Shown here: in pieces, positions 1-8,587 of the stretch
Layout of the letters: every line of letters begins with the position of its first letter
Numbering within the stretch: position 1 is the stretch's first letter
NCBI GenBank assembly: GCA_946494345.1
Contig: CAMMBX010000003.1
Span: forward strand, 1-42,716
Source of the DNA: an uncultured Mycoplasmatota bacterium
Lineage (GTDB): Bacteria; Bacillota_I; Bacilli_A; RF39; UBA660
DNA: 42,716 nucleotides
Reading direction: 5' to 3'
Position numbers and translations under genes: made by a program
The notes under the pieces: model-generated
Told to the model about the DNA's origin: nothing
The model's database searches: none
Seen by the model: only the letters and a program-made list of their open reading frames with translations

Positions 1-56
1 CTAGATTTTATCTAGGGTTGCAAGGGTTTTTATATTAAAACTGTCAAACTAGGGTC
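1..56. mobile_element. Probable end of an insertion sequence/repeat truncating the adjacent gene
   Basis: The thioredoxin-like ORF stops abruptly after running into GACCCTAGTTTGACAG (minus strand). The window starts inside a hairpin (CTAGAT-TTT-ATCTAG followed by GGTTGCAAGGGTTTTT). No transposase is visible. Confidence 0.4.
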
Positions 57-259
57 TTTAATACAGCTGTAAATCTAGGGGTGAATTCTTCACAATGACT
101 ACAACCTGTTTGAACAATTTCTAAAATAAAACTTTCTTTATTATCTATCATGGTTTCAAGTTCACTATAACTAATATCAGTTATAGTTTTTTCATTATTA
201 CATCCTGTTAAAAATACTATAAATAATCCTATTAATAAATATTTAATTTTTCTTTTCAT
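44..259 (-). pseudogene. Thioredoxin-like lipoprotein, 3' truncated
   Basis: Lipobox LTGC and CSHC redox motif; ends ~15 aa after CxxC, too short for a thioredoxin fold. Confidence 0.65.
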
Positions 260-317
260 TTTATCACTACTTTCCTAAGTAATTATAGCAATTTTAGGTT
301 ATAAAAACAATAAATAC

Positions 318-346
318 TTTTCAAATTTAAAAAATTAATATATACT
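318..346 (+). promoter_or_regulatory. Putative sigma-A promoter of the surface/Tad operon
   Basis: TTTTCA-N17-TATACT upstream of RBS AAGGGG and ATG 374. Confidence 0.45.
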
Positions 347-373
347 TAATATATAGTAAAGGGGTGTAGTTCT

Positions 374-1903
374 ATGATTTTAAGAAAGCCATATGCTCTT
401 TTAATTCAATATTTTCAAAGAATACATTTAGTATTAATATTAATTTGTGCTTATATATTTTATAAAATAATGTCATTACGTACTTTTGTGGCGAATTTTT
501 TGGATACAGAAAGTTATAATGCCTATTATGAACCAATAAGTGATCATATAAATTTCTTATTAATTATTGCCATAATAGCAGTTGTTGCTATTAGTATAGC
601 ATTGATAGTATTGTTACGTTATAAGAAAAAACCATGGAAGATATATTTAGTGCCAATTGTAGAATATATTTTTATGTTGGGTGTTTTGATCTATGTTAGA
701 AATTATTTTGATAGTTATAATGAATTATCTACTATTACCTCTATAATGGCTGGTAGAGACTTGTTAAATATAGTATCATTACCACAATATGCTGTTTTTA
801 TAATTTTGGGAATTAGATTTTTAGGAATTGATTTAAAAAAATTCGGTTTTAAACAAGATGAAGAATACTTTGATATCAAAGAAGAAGATAGAGAAGAATT
901 TGAAGTAAATATAGAATTTGATAAAGATAAGATAACAAGAACAGTTAAGAAGTTTTTTAGAAATGTTAAATATGTTTATTTTGAACATCAACTAGTATGT
1001 AATATACTTATCGCAATAGCAGCAGTTTCATTAACAGGATATACTTATTATTATTTTGGAGTTTTGCATAGAACTTATAGAGAAGGTAATACATTTTCAG
1101 CTAATTATTATGATATAACAGTTAATAATAGTTATTTAACTGATAGAGATAGTAGAGGGGATGTTATTAATAAAAACTATAATTACTTAGTTGTTAATCT
1201 TACTGTTAAAAATAATTCATCTAAAAGAGATATTAATCTAGATAGATTTAGAATTATGAATAGAAGCGAAGAATTTCGCTATGTTAGTAGACTTTATGAT
1301 AATTTTACTGATTTAGGTAAAGTTTATAATAACAGAGAATTAAATACAGGTGATGATACAACATTTATTTTGGTATATCAAGTTCCTAAGGACTTAAATG
1401 AAAAAAGGTATGTTTTATATTATCCTGATGTTACAAGTGGTATTTTACTTAAAAAAGTAAAACTTAGTGTAAATGATGTAACAGAATTGAAGACAGTAGC
1501 AGAAGCTAAATTAACTGAAGAAATGACTTTCCCTGATGGGGATACTTTAAGAGTAACTAACTTTAATATAACTAATGAAACAACTTATAATAGATATTCT
1601 TGCGATAATGTAAGTTGTGGTACTATGGATTTACCACTTACATCAAGTAATAAAATATTAGAAATATCTTTTGTAAGTAATAATTTTACAGGTGAAAGTT
1701 TGGTTGACTTTTCCAGTATATATGCTAAAATTAGATATGAGGATAGTAATGGTAAGATGCAGAATATAAATCCTAATTCTTTAGTAAATAACTATAATGG
1801 TAATTATGCTTATTATAGTTTACCTAATGATATTAAAGAAGATGGGTCCTTAGATTTAATCTTTACTTTTAGGAATGAACAATATGTGTATCATTTGAAT
1901 TAA
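374..1903 (+). CDS. Membrane protein: N-terminal multi-TM region plus extracellular DUF4352-like Ig-fold domain
   Basis: 509 aa, ~5 hydrophobic segments, then the pattern YDITVNN...YLVVNLTVKN...LVYQVP typical of DUF4352-type domains. Confidence 0.55.
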   Translation: MILRKPYALLIQYFQRIHLVLILICAYIFYKIMSLRTFVANFLDTESYNAYYEPISDHINFLLIIAIIAVVAISIALIVLLRYKKKPWKIYLVPIVEYIFMLGVLIYVRNYFDSYNELSTITSIMAGRDLLNIVSLPQYAVFIILGIRFLGIDLKKFGFKQDEEYFDIKEEDREEFEVNIEFDKDKITRTVKKFFRNVKYVYFEHQLVCNILIAIAAVSLTGYTYYYFGVLHRTYREGNTFSANYYDITVNNSYLTDRDSRGDVINKNYNYLVVNLTVKNNSSKRDINLDRFRIMNRSEEFRYVSRLYDNFTDLGKVYNNRELNTGDDTTFILVYQVPKDLNEKRYVLYYPDVTSGILLKKVKLSVNDVTELKTVAEAKLTEEMTFPDGDTLRVTNFNITNETTYNRYSCDNVSCGTMDLPLTSSNKILEISFVSNNFTGESLVDFSSIYAKIRYEDSNGKMQNINPNSLVNNYNGNYAYYSLPNDIKEDGSLDLIFTFRNEQYVYHLN

Positions 1904-1917
1904 GAGGAGCGTTGGTT

Positions 1918-3756
1918 ATGAATAGTAAAAAGAAAAAAATTAATAAGAAAAAAATAATTAGGATAGCAGTTATAGTATTAATAATTGTTGTAGTTGTTTT
2001 ATTGGTATGGTTTTTATATTTTTATCCACGTCAAGTTTTCAGAAATAATGAAAAACTATTAAGTGAAGCTGGTGAGAGATATTATGAAATTAATAGTACT
2101 CGTCTTCCTCAAGAGGAAGGACGAGTTGTTTCCGTTACTTTAGATACTTTAGTTAAACAAGATTATCTAGATGGTTTATATACAGCATATGGTAATAAAT
2201 TGTGTGATTTAAAGGAGTCTAATGTTAAAGCGGTTATTAGAAATGGTGATTATCAATATTATACATATTTAAAATGTGGTAATTTTGAGTCTGATGTTGA
2301 TCATGAAGGGCCTGAAATTACTTTAAATGGAGATACTACAGTTAGACTAAACAGGGGAGAAGAGTATGTTGAAGCTGGTGTTAAAAGTGTTAGAGATAAT
2401 ACTGATGGTGAAATGAGTGTAGATAGTGTTAAAATAAGAGGAGAAGTTAATGTAAATCAAGTAGGAACTTATGAAATAACATATACAGCGACTGATAGTT
2501 TGAGTAATGAAAATACTGTTACAAGAAAAGTTATTGTAGAAGAGTCTCTTAGTAATGTAGTGAAGAGTGCAACTAAAGATTCTAATAATTACTATAAAGG
2601 TGAAGCGGAAAATAATTATGTAATGTTTAATAATATGGTCTTTAGAATTGTAAAAGTAAATGATAATGATACTGTTACAATTGCTAGTGATGAGTTATTA
2701 GCTAATGTTGATTATACTAATGATGGTAGATTTGCTGATAGTTCATTAGATTCTTGGTTAAATGATTATTTCTATAATCTTTTAGAAGATAAATTTAAAG
2801 ATTTAATTGTTTCTTCTAAATGGTGTGATGATGTTATTAGTAATGATAATTATATGACAACTGAATGTAGTAGAACTAGTGCTAAGAGAAATGTTGGTAT
2901 TTTATCTATTCAAGATTATAATAATACTTTACAAGATGATGTTAGTTTCTTAGATTTTTCTGGTATTGTATGGTATGCTAATTTAGGTGAAGATAATAAT
3001 CCTTGGACAGTAACAAGTATTTTAGCATATCCATTAAAATCTGAACCTATGAATAAAGAGTATTTATTTAATGTAAGACCTGCTGTTACTCTTAAAAAGA
3101 ATACAAAAGTATTAGATGGTGATGGTAGTGCTGCTAATCCATATATTTTAGTTGAAAATAATAGTGCACGTAGAAATACTAATGTTAATGAAAGACAAGT
3201 AGGTGAATATATTAATTATTCTGGTTATACTTGGAGAATAGCTGGTTTTGATGGTGATAAGACTGAAATAATTATGACTGGTGTTGCTGCTAATAATGGT
3301 ATTGAAGTTGAAATTGGTTATGAAAATAAAGGTGCTAAAGTATATAATCCTAATAAAGAAGGTAATATTGGCTATAAAGTAATCAATGAAATAACTAGAT
3401 ATGTTTCTACTGATTTATTTGCAAGAACAAAAATTACAGTTCCTATTTATGATAATAGAGTTACTTATAATGGAGATAATGATGAAAAAACTTATAATAA
3501 TATAATTACTATTCCATCAACATTTGATATTTTTTCATCAAAGGGTTATGCTAGTAGTAGCAGTGGTTATTGGCTAATTGATTCATCTAGAGAAGATAAT
3601 GTTAAAACACTTATGAATCCAGTAGGTACTGTTAGTTATACACCTGTTACTGATGATTTTACAGCTGGAGTTAAGGTAAAGGCATACTTAAAAGATGATG
3701 TATATATTACTGATGGTACTGGTATATTGACTGATCCATATGTAATAAGTGATTAG
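1918..3756 (+). CDS. Membrane-anchored surface protein: pilin-like domain, DUF5011/Ig-like domain, two DUF6273-like repeats
   Basis: Basic N-terminus plus TM. PEITLNGD...YVEAG...D...GTYEITYTATD is a DUF5011 pattern. Two repeats with FRIV/WRIA cores end in GDGSAANPYIL and DGTGILTDPYVI. ATG 1918 is preferred (GAGGAG 8 nt upstream). Confidence 0.6.
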   Translation: MNSKKKKINKKKIIRIAVIVLIIVVVVLLVWFLYFYPRQVFRNNEKLLSEAGERYYEINSTRLPQEEGRVVSVTLDTLVKQDYLDGLYTAYGNKLCDLKESNVKAVIRNGDYQYYTYLKCGNFESDVDHEGPEITLNGDTTVRLNRGEEYVEAGVKSVRDNTDGEMSVDSVKIRGEVNVNQVGTYEITYTATDSLSNENTVTRKVIVEESLSNVVKSATKDSNNYYKGEAENNYVMFNNMVFRIVKVNDNDTVTIASDELLANVDYTNDGRFADSSLDSWLNDYFYNLLEDKFKDLIVSSKWCDDVISNDNYMTTECSRTSAKRNVGILSIQDYNNTLQDDVSFLDFSGIVWYANLGEDNNPWTVTSILAYPLKSEPMNKEYLFNVRPAVTLKKNTKVLDGDGSAANPYILVENNSARRNTNVNERQVGEYINYSGYTWRIAGFDGDKTEIIMTGVAANNGIEVEIGYENKGAKVYNPNKEGNIGYKVINEITRYVSTDLFARTKITVPIYDNRVTYNGDNDEKTYNNIITIPSTFDIFSSKGYASSSSGYWLIDSSREDNVKTLMNPVGTVSYTPVTDDFTAGVKVKAYLKDDVYITDGTGILTDPYVISD

Positions 3757-3772
3757 TGTTAGGAGAAGTACA

Positions 3773-4555
3773 ATGAAGAAAAAAATGATAATTGCATTGA
3801 GTATATTAATTGTTATTGTTGCAATTGCTTTAGTTTTCGTGTATTATAAAGTTAACTTCAGAACAAGTGATTTTGCTGTTTTGGATGAAACTGATAAGAT
3901 AGAGGATGCTAAGCAATATGGTGATGAGGTTGTAGGATGGCTTAGAGTTGAAGGTACTAATATTGATTTGCCTTTAATAAAGATAAACGAAGATACAGAT
4001 GTTTATAACGATGCCTACGATTTTGCCTGGACTAATTCTATTCCTGATGGTACAGGTAATCGTCCTGCCTATATTTCTCATAATGTTAGAAATGTGTCTC
4101 GCAATCCTATAGTTGGCGATGATACAATGACAAGATTTGAACAACTGATGTCATTTATTTATCCTGACTTTATTAAAGATAATCAGTTTATCGAGTTCAC
4201 AGATAGTGAAGGCGCTACTAGTTTATATAGAATTTATGCTGTTGCATTATTAGAAGATGATCAGAATGCTTCTTTTAGCGATACTTATACTGATGAAGAA
4301 CAAAGAAGGTATATTAAGAAAGCTAAAAGAGAAAGCATGTATGATATAGATGTTGATGTTAATGAAGATGATTTAATGTTGACGTTATTTACTTGCACTA
4401 GGTTTTATGGTGCATATACTAGCTATTCTTTTAGAGTTGATGCTAGAAAGTTAAGGGAAGGTGAGGATAAAATATACGCAAAAGTAGAGACTAACAAGAA
4501 TTATGAAAAAATAAAGGAAAGGATGGAAGAAGGTGAAAATAATGAAGAAGTATAA
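3773..4555 (+). CDS. Class B sortase-like protein
   Basis: N-terminal TM, VVGWLRVEGTNIDLPL, His (ISHNVRN), TLFTC catalytic motif, downstream Arg (FRVDAR). ATG 3773 follows AGGAG. Confidence 0.8.
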   Translation: MKKKMIIALSILIVIVAIALVFVYYKVNFRTSDFAVLDETDKIEDAKQYGDEVVGWLRVEGTNIDLPLIKINEDTDVYNDAYDFAWTNSIPDGTGNRPAYISHNVRNVSRNPIVGDDTMTRFEQLMSFIYPDFIKDNQFIEFTDSEGATSLYRIYAVALLEDDQNASFSDTYTDEEQRRYIKKAKRESMYDIDVDVNEDDLMLTLFTCTRFYGAYTSYSFRVDARKLREGEDKIYAKVETNKNYEKIKERMEEGENNEEV

Positions 4556-7256
4556 AATTATATTAGCAGTAGTTGTAATTGGTCTTTGTGCTACTTTTGG
4601 AGTTTTAGCTAATACAACTTCAGTTGATGCTGCTAATAATGAATGTTCTACGGGTTATACTAAGAAAACTTATATAAATAAGATTGGGTATGAGATTTCT
4701 GGCAATACTGTATCTTTTACTGGTGCTAAAGGATTAATGTATTCAGTAAGTTATGATTCTAGTGAAGTGAGAAATCATATTGATAATAGTGGAAATTTCT
4801 CAATTACTGTTCCAGATGAGTATGCAAGTGGAAAAATTGTCGTTACATTTTATCTTGATGAAGATGATGGTGTATGTGATGGTGGTATAGAAGTTGGAGG
4901 TATGGAATTTTATCTTGATGAGGCTTCTTATAACCAATTATATAACGATAGTTTATGTGCGAATTATCGTAGTAGATGGTCTAATAATAAGACTATGAGA
5001 GAGGCAGTTCCATATTGTTTTACTGAATACGTATCTATACAATATTCTTATAATGATGTAAGTAGTTGGGTTAATGATGCAGAAAGACTTTATAATTTAC
5101 AACAACATGGTAGTAGTGCGATTGTTCAAGATCCTTCTTATAAAAATGTTGATGATGTAGAAAATACTGAGAAATTAGTTTGTGATGCTTTTAGTAATAA
5201 TAATTATGAAACTATGCATAAATATAGTCATATGCAAACAAATACAGTTAATAATTGTACAACTACTTGTAAAGAGGAAGTTGAAGTAAACTTTAGTGAT
5301 CCTGTGGCAACACAAGCTGGATTATGTTTCCAATATTTAATAGAGATTAAATCTAAAGTAACTTGTGATAGTATTTATACAGCTCCTATGCCTAGTAGAC
5401 CTGGTGTTTGTGTACCTACAGCTTTTTGTGAATATAGTGCTAGTTCTACAAGTGACAAAGGTGGTCCTAGTGAGGATTTTGATGAGTGTGTTAATCAATG
5501 TGATGGTGGTGAATATACTCAAAAGTGTATAGATTCATGCTATACTAAAGTTTATGGAAAAGATAATACTGATACTGTTACACAAACTGCTTTTGGTGAA
5601 GTTGGTAATTCTATATTAACATTTGATCTTAATTCTACTATGTTTGATGGAACAGATAATGCTAAATTACTTGCTAATGGATGTATAGATCCTAAAAATG
5701 CTCCTTATTCTCAAGCTGCTGATTTATATAATCAACATCAAAGAGATCCTGGTGGTTATTATGAAATAGTAAATGGTAGAACAGTATGGAAAAAGGACAA
5801 TAATTCTGCTTGTCCTAGTGATATTGGACAATACTATTTTAGAAGTGTTGATGCTACTTTAAATACAATGCATGAGCTTCGTGGAGATTATTCACAAGGT
5901 GCTGGAAATAAAACATATAGAGCTAATGGAGAAGGAATTCTTTATAGATATTTAAGAAATAATCATGAAGATGTTTGTACTGATGATTGTACATGGATTA
6001 ACAATTGTAGTTCTAATACAGTATTAACAGAGTATCTAGCTGAACAACAATATCAACAAGCTTTAGCTGAATACAATAGTAAAAAGGCTGCTTGTGAATC
6101 TGGTACTGCTGTTTGTAGTAATGAAACTACTGATTATAAGATAGTTGTTGATAATATTGATACAAATACTAGTAATGGTGATGATAAAGAAGATTTCACA
6201 TCTTCACAAAAATTAAATAGCACTAATGTTACAGGAGCTTTTCCTGATATGGTTATTTTAACTGATGGAAGTTGTGAAGATGGACAAAGTGATCCATGGA
6301 ATTATCACAATATTATTACATTCCCTGGTACTTGGGTAAATAATAAGACAGGTCAAACTGTTCATTCAATGGATCCAGGACATGAAGATTTCTATACTTA
6401 TGTTGGTAATGAATATTGTACTAAACTAAATTCTGTTCCTATTAATACTGCATGGTATGATTGGAAAGTTAATCAAAATGGTGATCAGGGTGCTTTAACT
6501 GATTCACGGAAAAATCAAATTAGTAATAATATTGATATGAATATCAATGGTCATATTGATAATTATGGTTACTTTGGTTGGGATTTTGATGTTAGTTGTT
6601 TCTATGCTATAGGATCTCCTGAGGAAAGTTGTCCTCCAACTGATCCAAATTTCCCTGATTGTGAAGGTACTCCTACTCCGGATGATCCTGTTCCAGATCC
6701 TGATGGTCCAGGTGGTGATCCAGGGGATTCTCCAGTAAATGAATATGAATTTAGATCAGTTGCACTTGATAATGTTTTCCCATCTAGTACTGATGAAGAA
6801 AGAGAAATTGGATTTAACTGGACTTGTGCTGCTACTAACTTGGAAAATACTGATTATCTAATTCAACCAGTGACTGTTATGAATAATATTCAAGCTTTAG
6901 GTGATAGTATTTATGATGGTGAAGAATATTTGGATTATCATGTTAGACTAACTCCTGAAACAATGAGAAAAGTAAGAAATTATAATGATGATTATGATAG
7001 TTATACTGAACCAACTAGTGATAATAGTAATGAAGTGTTAACAGCTGGTAATAAGAAAACAGCAGGTATTACTGTTTATCGTAGTTATTTACTTCATAAA
7101 GTTCTTAATAGTAATGAATTATTAAGAAGTGGTGTTATTGGATGTAATAATGAAGAGAATGGAAGTTGTCCTAGAGGAACTGCTGCTATTGATACTACTA
7201 CAAGTTGTTATAATGAATATATGGCACAATCTGCTGTATTGAAAGGAGCTAATTAA
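4542..7256 (+). CDS. Large secreted Cys-rich protein, putative adhesin
   Basis: Signal peptide ending VDA-A, about 30 Cys, Pro/Asp/Gly-rich linker (PTPDDPVPDPDGPGGDPGD), no C-terminal anchor. Confidence 0.55.
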   Translation: MKKYKIILAVVVIGLCATFGVLANTTSVDAANNECSTGYTKKTYINKIGYEISGNTVSFTGAKGLMYSVSYDSSEVRNHIDNSGNFSITVPDEYASGKIVVTFYLDEDDGVCDGGIEVGGMEFYLDEASYNQLYNDSLCANYRSRWSNNKTMREAVPYCFTEYVSIQYSYNDVSSWVNDAERLYNLQQHGSSAIVQDPSYKNVDDVENTEKLVCDAFSNNNYETMHKYSHMQTNTVNNCTTTCKEEVEVNFSDPVATQAGLCFQYLIEIKSKVTCDSIYTAPMPSRPGVCVPTAFCEYSASSTSDKGGPSEDFDECVNQCDGGEYTQKCIDSCYTKVYGKDNTDTVTQTAFGEVGNSILTFDLNSTMFDGTDNAKLLANGCIDPKNAPYSQAADLYNQHQRDPGGYYEIVNGRTVWKKDNNSACPSDIGQYYFRSVDATLNTMHELRGDYSQGAGNKTYRANGEGILYRYLRNNHEDVCTDDCTWINNCSSNTVLTEYLAEQQYQQALAEYNSKKAACESGTAVCSNETTDYKIVVDNIDTNTSNGDDKEDFTSSQKLNSTNVTGAFPDMVILTDGSCEDGQSDPWNYHNIITFPGTWVNNKTGQTVHSMDPGHEDFYTYVGNEYCTKLNSVPINTAWYDWKVNQNGDQGALTDSRKNQISNNIDMNINGHIDNYGYFGWDFDVSCFYAIGSPEESCPPTDPNFPDCEGTPTPDDPVPDPDGPGGDPGDSPVNEYEFRSVALDNVFPSSTDEEREIGFNWTCAATNLENTDYLIQPVTVMNNIQALGDSIYDGEEYLDYHVRLTPETMRKVRNYNDDYDSYTEPTSDNSNEVLTAGNKKTAGITVYRSYLLHKVLNSNELLRSGVIGCNNEENGSCPRGTAAIDTTTSCYNEYMAQSAVLKGAN

Positions 7257-7258
7257 TT

Positions 7259-7720
7259 ATGAGTAAAGGTATGTTAATTGTTGGTATTATCCTTTTAGCT
7301 ATTATTACTTTTGGGGTTGTTAATATAGTTCAAAATTATCAAACTGGTAATGAGCTAGATTACTATTTATTAAGAGAAACGACTGAAGCGGCAATGACTG
7401 ATGCAGTAGACGTTGGTTATTACCGCTTGAGCGGTCTACTTAGAATAGATAAAGAAAAATTTGTAGAGAGTTTTGTTAGACGTTTTTCTGAGAATGTTTC
7501 TAATAGTCGTACTTATGATATTGGCTTTTATGATATTAATGAAACACCACCTAAAGTTAGTGTTTTAGTTAAATCAGAAACTGCTGCTAGTATTAATGGT
7601 GAATCTTTAACTTTATCTAATAAAATTGATGTAATATTAGAGTCTAAATATCATGAAAATCAATATGTAACAAAAATGACTAGAGCTGGACAACTTGATT
7701 ATAGTGATGTTGATAGATAA
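7259..7720 (+). CDS. DUF5411-like protein, probable Tad pseudopilin
   Basis: N-terminal hydrophobic helix followed by a long helix (DYYLLRETTEAAMTDAVD...KFVESFVRRF...PPKVSV); immediately upstream of the cpaB-like gene. Confidence 0.55.
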   Translation: MSKGMLIVGIILLAIITFGVVNIVQNYQTGNELDYYLLRETTEAAMTDAVDVGYYRLSGLLRIDKEKFVESFVRRFSENVSNSRTYDIGFYDINETPPKVSVLVKSETAASINGESLTLSNKIDVILESKYHENQYVTKMTRAGQLDYSDVDR

Positions 7721-7741
7721 AAAGAATGAGGAGGATGTTTG

Positions 7742-8566
7742 ATGAATAATTTAGTGATTGGAATAAAAAAATTCTTAACTAATAAAAATACTGTTACTGT
7801 TGTTGGTGTTATTCTTGCAATTGTAATCCTTTATGTTGGATATAATATGCGAATTAATCAGGCAATAACACCTGTTACTGTTCCTTATGCTACAGAAACT
7901 ATAAAGGCTAGAACACAAATAACTGAGGATATGATAAGTACTATGGAAATTCCTCAATCAATGGTAACTGATGATATAATTACAAATAGTGCTGATGTTA
8001 TAGATATGTATGCAAATGGAGATAGTGTTATACCTGAAGGTAGTTTATTTTATACGAGATGTGTAGTGTCTCGAGATCAATTACCTGATAGTATAATTTT
8101 AAATTATCCTAAGGGATATGTTTTATATAACTTAGATGTTGATATGGCTAGTACATATAGTAACTCTATTTATCCAGATAATTATATTGATATTTATTTG
8201 AAAGTTCAAAATGCTGAAGGTAATGAAAATGGAGTTATTGCTGAAGATAGAATCATGGTTGGTAAACTATTATCTAATGTTAAAGTTTTAGCTGTATTCG
8301 ATAGTAATGGTAATAATGTTTTTGCTGACCTTGAAGAAAAAACTGAGCCTGCCCAAATAATCTTTGCGGTACCTGAAGAGTATCATATCTTACTTCGTAA
8401 AGCTAGTTTCTTAAGAGCTTATGAATCTGAGATTATTCCTGTTCCTACTGCAGAGTCTTTGGAAGATGAACCAGGAGATGTAACTTTATCTAGTGAGGAT
8501 TTAAGAAACTTTATTAATAATGTTACTGCTATGACAGAAGAAGATTTATCTTATACACAACAATAA
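7742..8566 (+). CDS. SAF-domain Flp pilus assembly protein, CpaB/RcpC-like
   Basis: TM, then SAF pattern VPYATETIKARTQITEDMI and RcpC-like IYPDNYIDIY...LLSNVKVLAV...IIFAVP. Confidence 0.75.
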   Translation: MNNLVIGIKKFLTNKNTVTVVGVILAIVILYVGYNMRINQAITPVTVPYATETIKARTQITEDMISTMEIPQSMVTDDIITNSADVIDMYANGDSVIPEGSLFYTRCVVSRDQLPDSIILNYPKGYVLYNLDVDMASTYSNSIYPDNYIDIYLKVQNAEGNENGVIAEDRIMVGKLLSNVKVLAVFDSNGNNVFADLEEKTEPAQIIFAVPEEYHILLRKASFLRAYESEIIPVPTAESLEDEPGDVTLSSEDLRNFINNVTAMTEEDLSYTQQ

Positions 8567-8587
8567 AAAGAAAAGGGGTATGATTTT

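Noticed and set aside
1918-3756. Diversity-generating retroelement
   Set aside because: No reverse transcriptase and no TR/VR near-duplicate seen in the window.
5337-5522. Short shadow ORFs (also 7775-7957, 16496-16684, 18055-18381, 20638-20877, 24520-24711, 27289-27480, 39962-40144, 40956-41198, 41959-42180)
   Set aside because: They lie almost entirely within well-supported genes on the other strand or frame and show no recognisable motifs.
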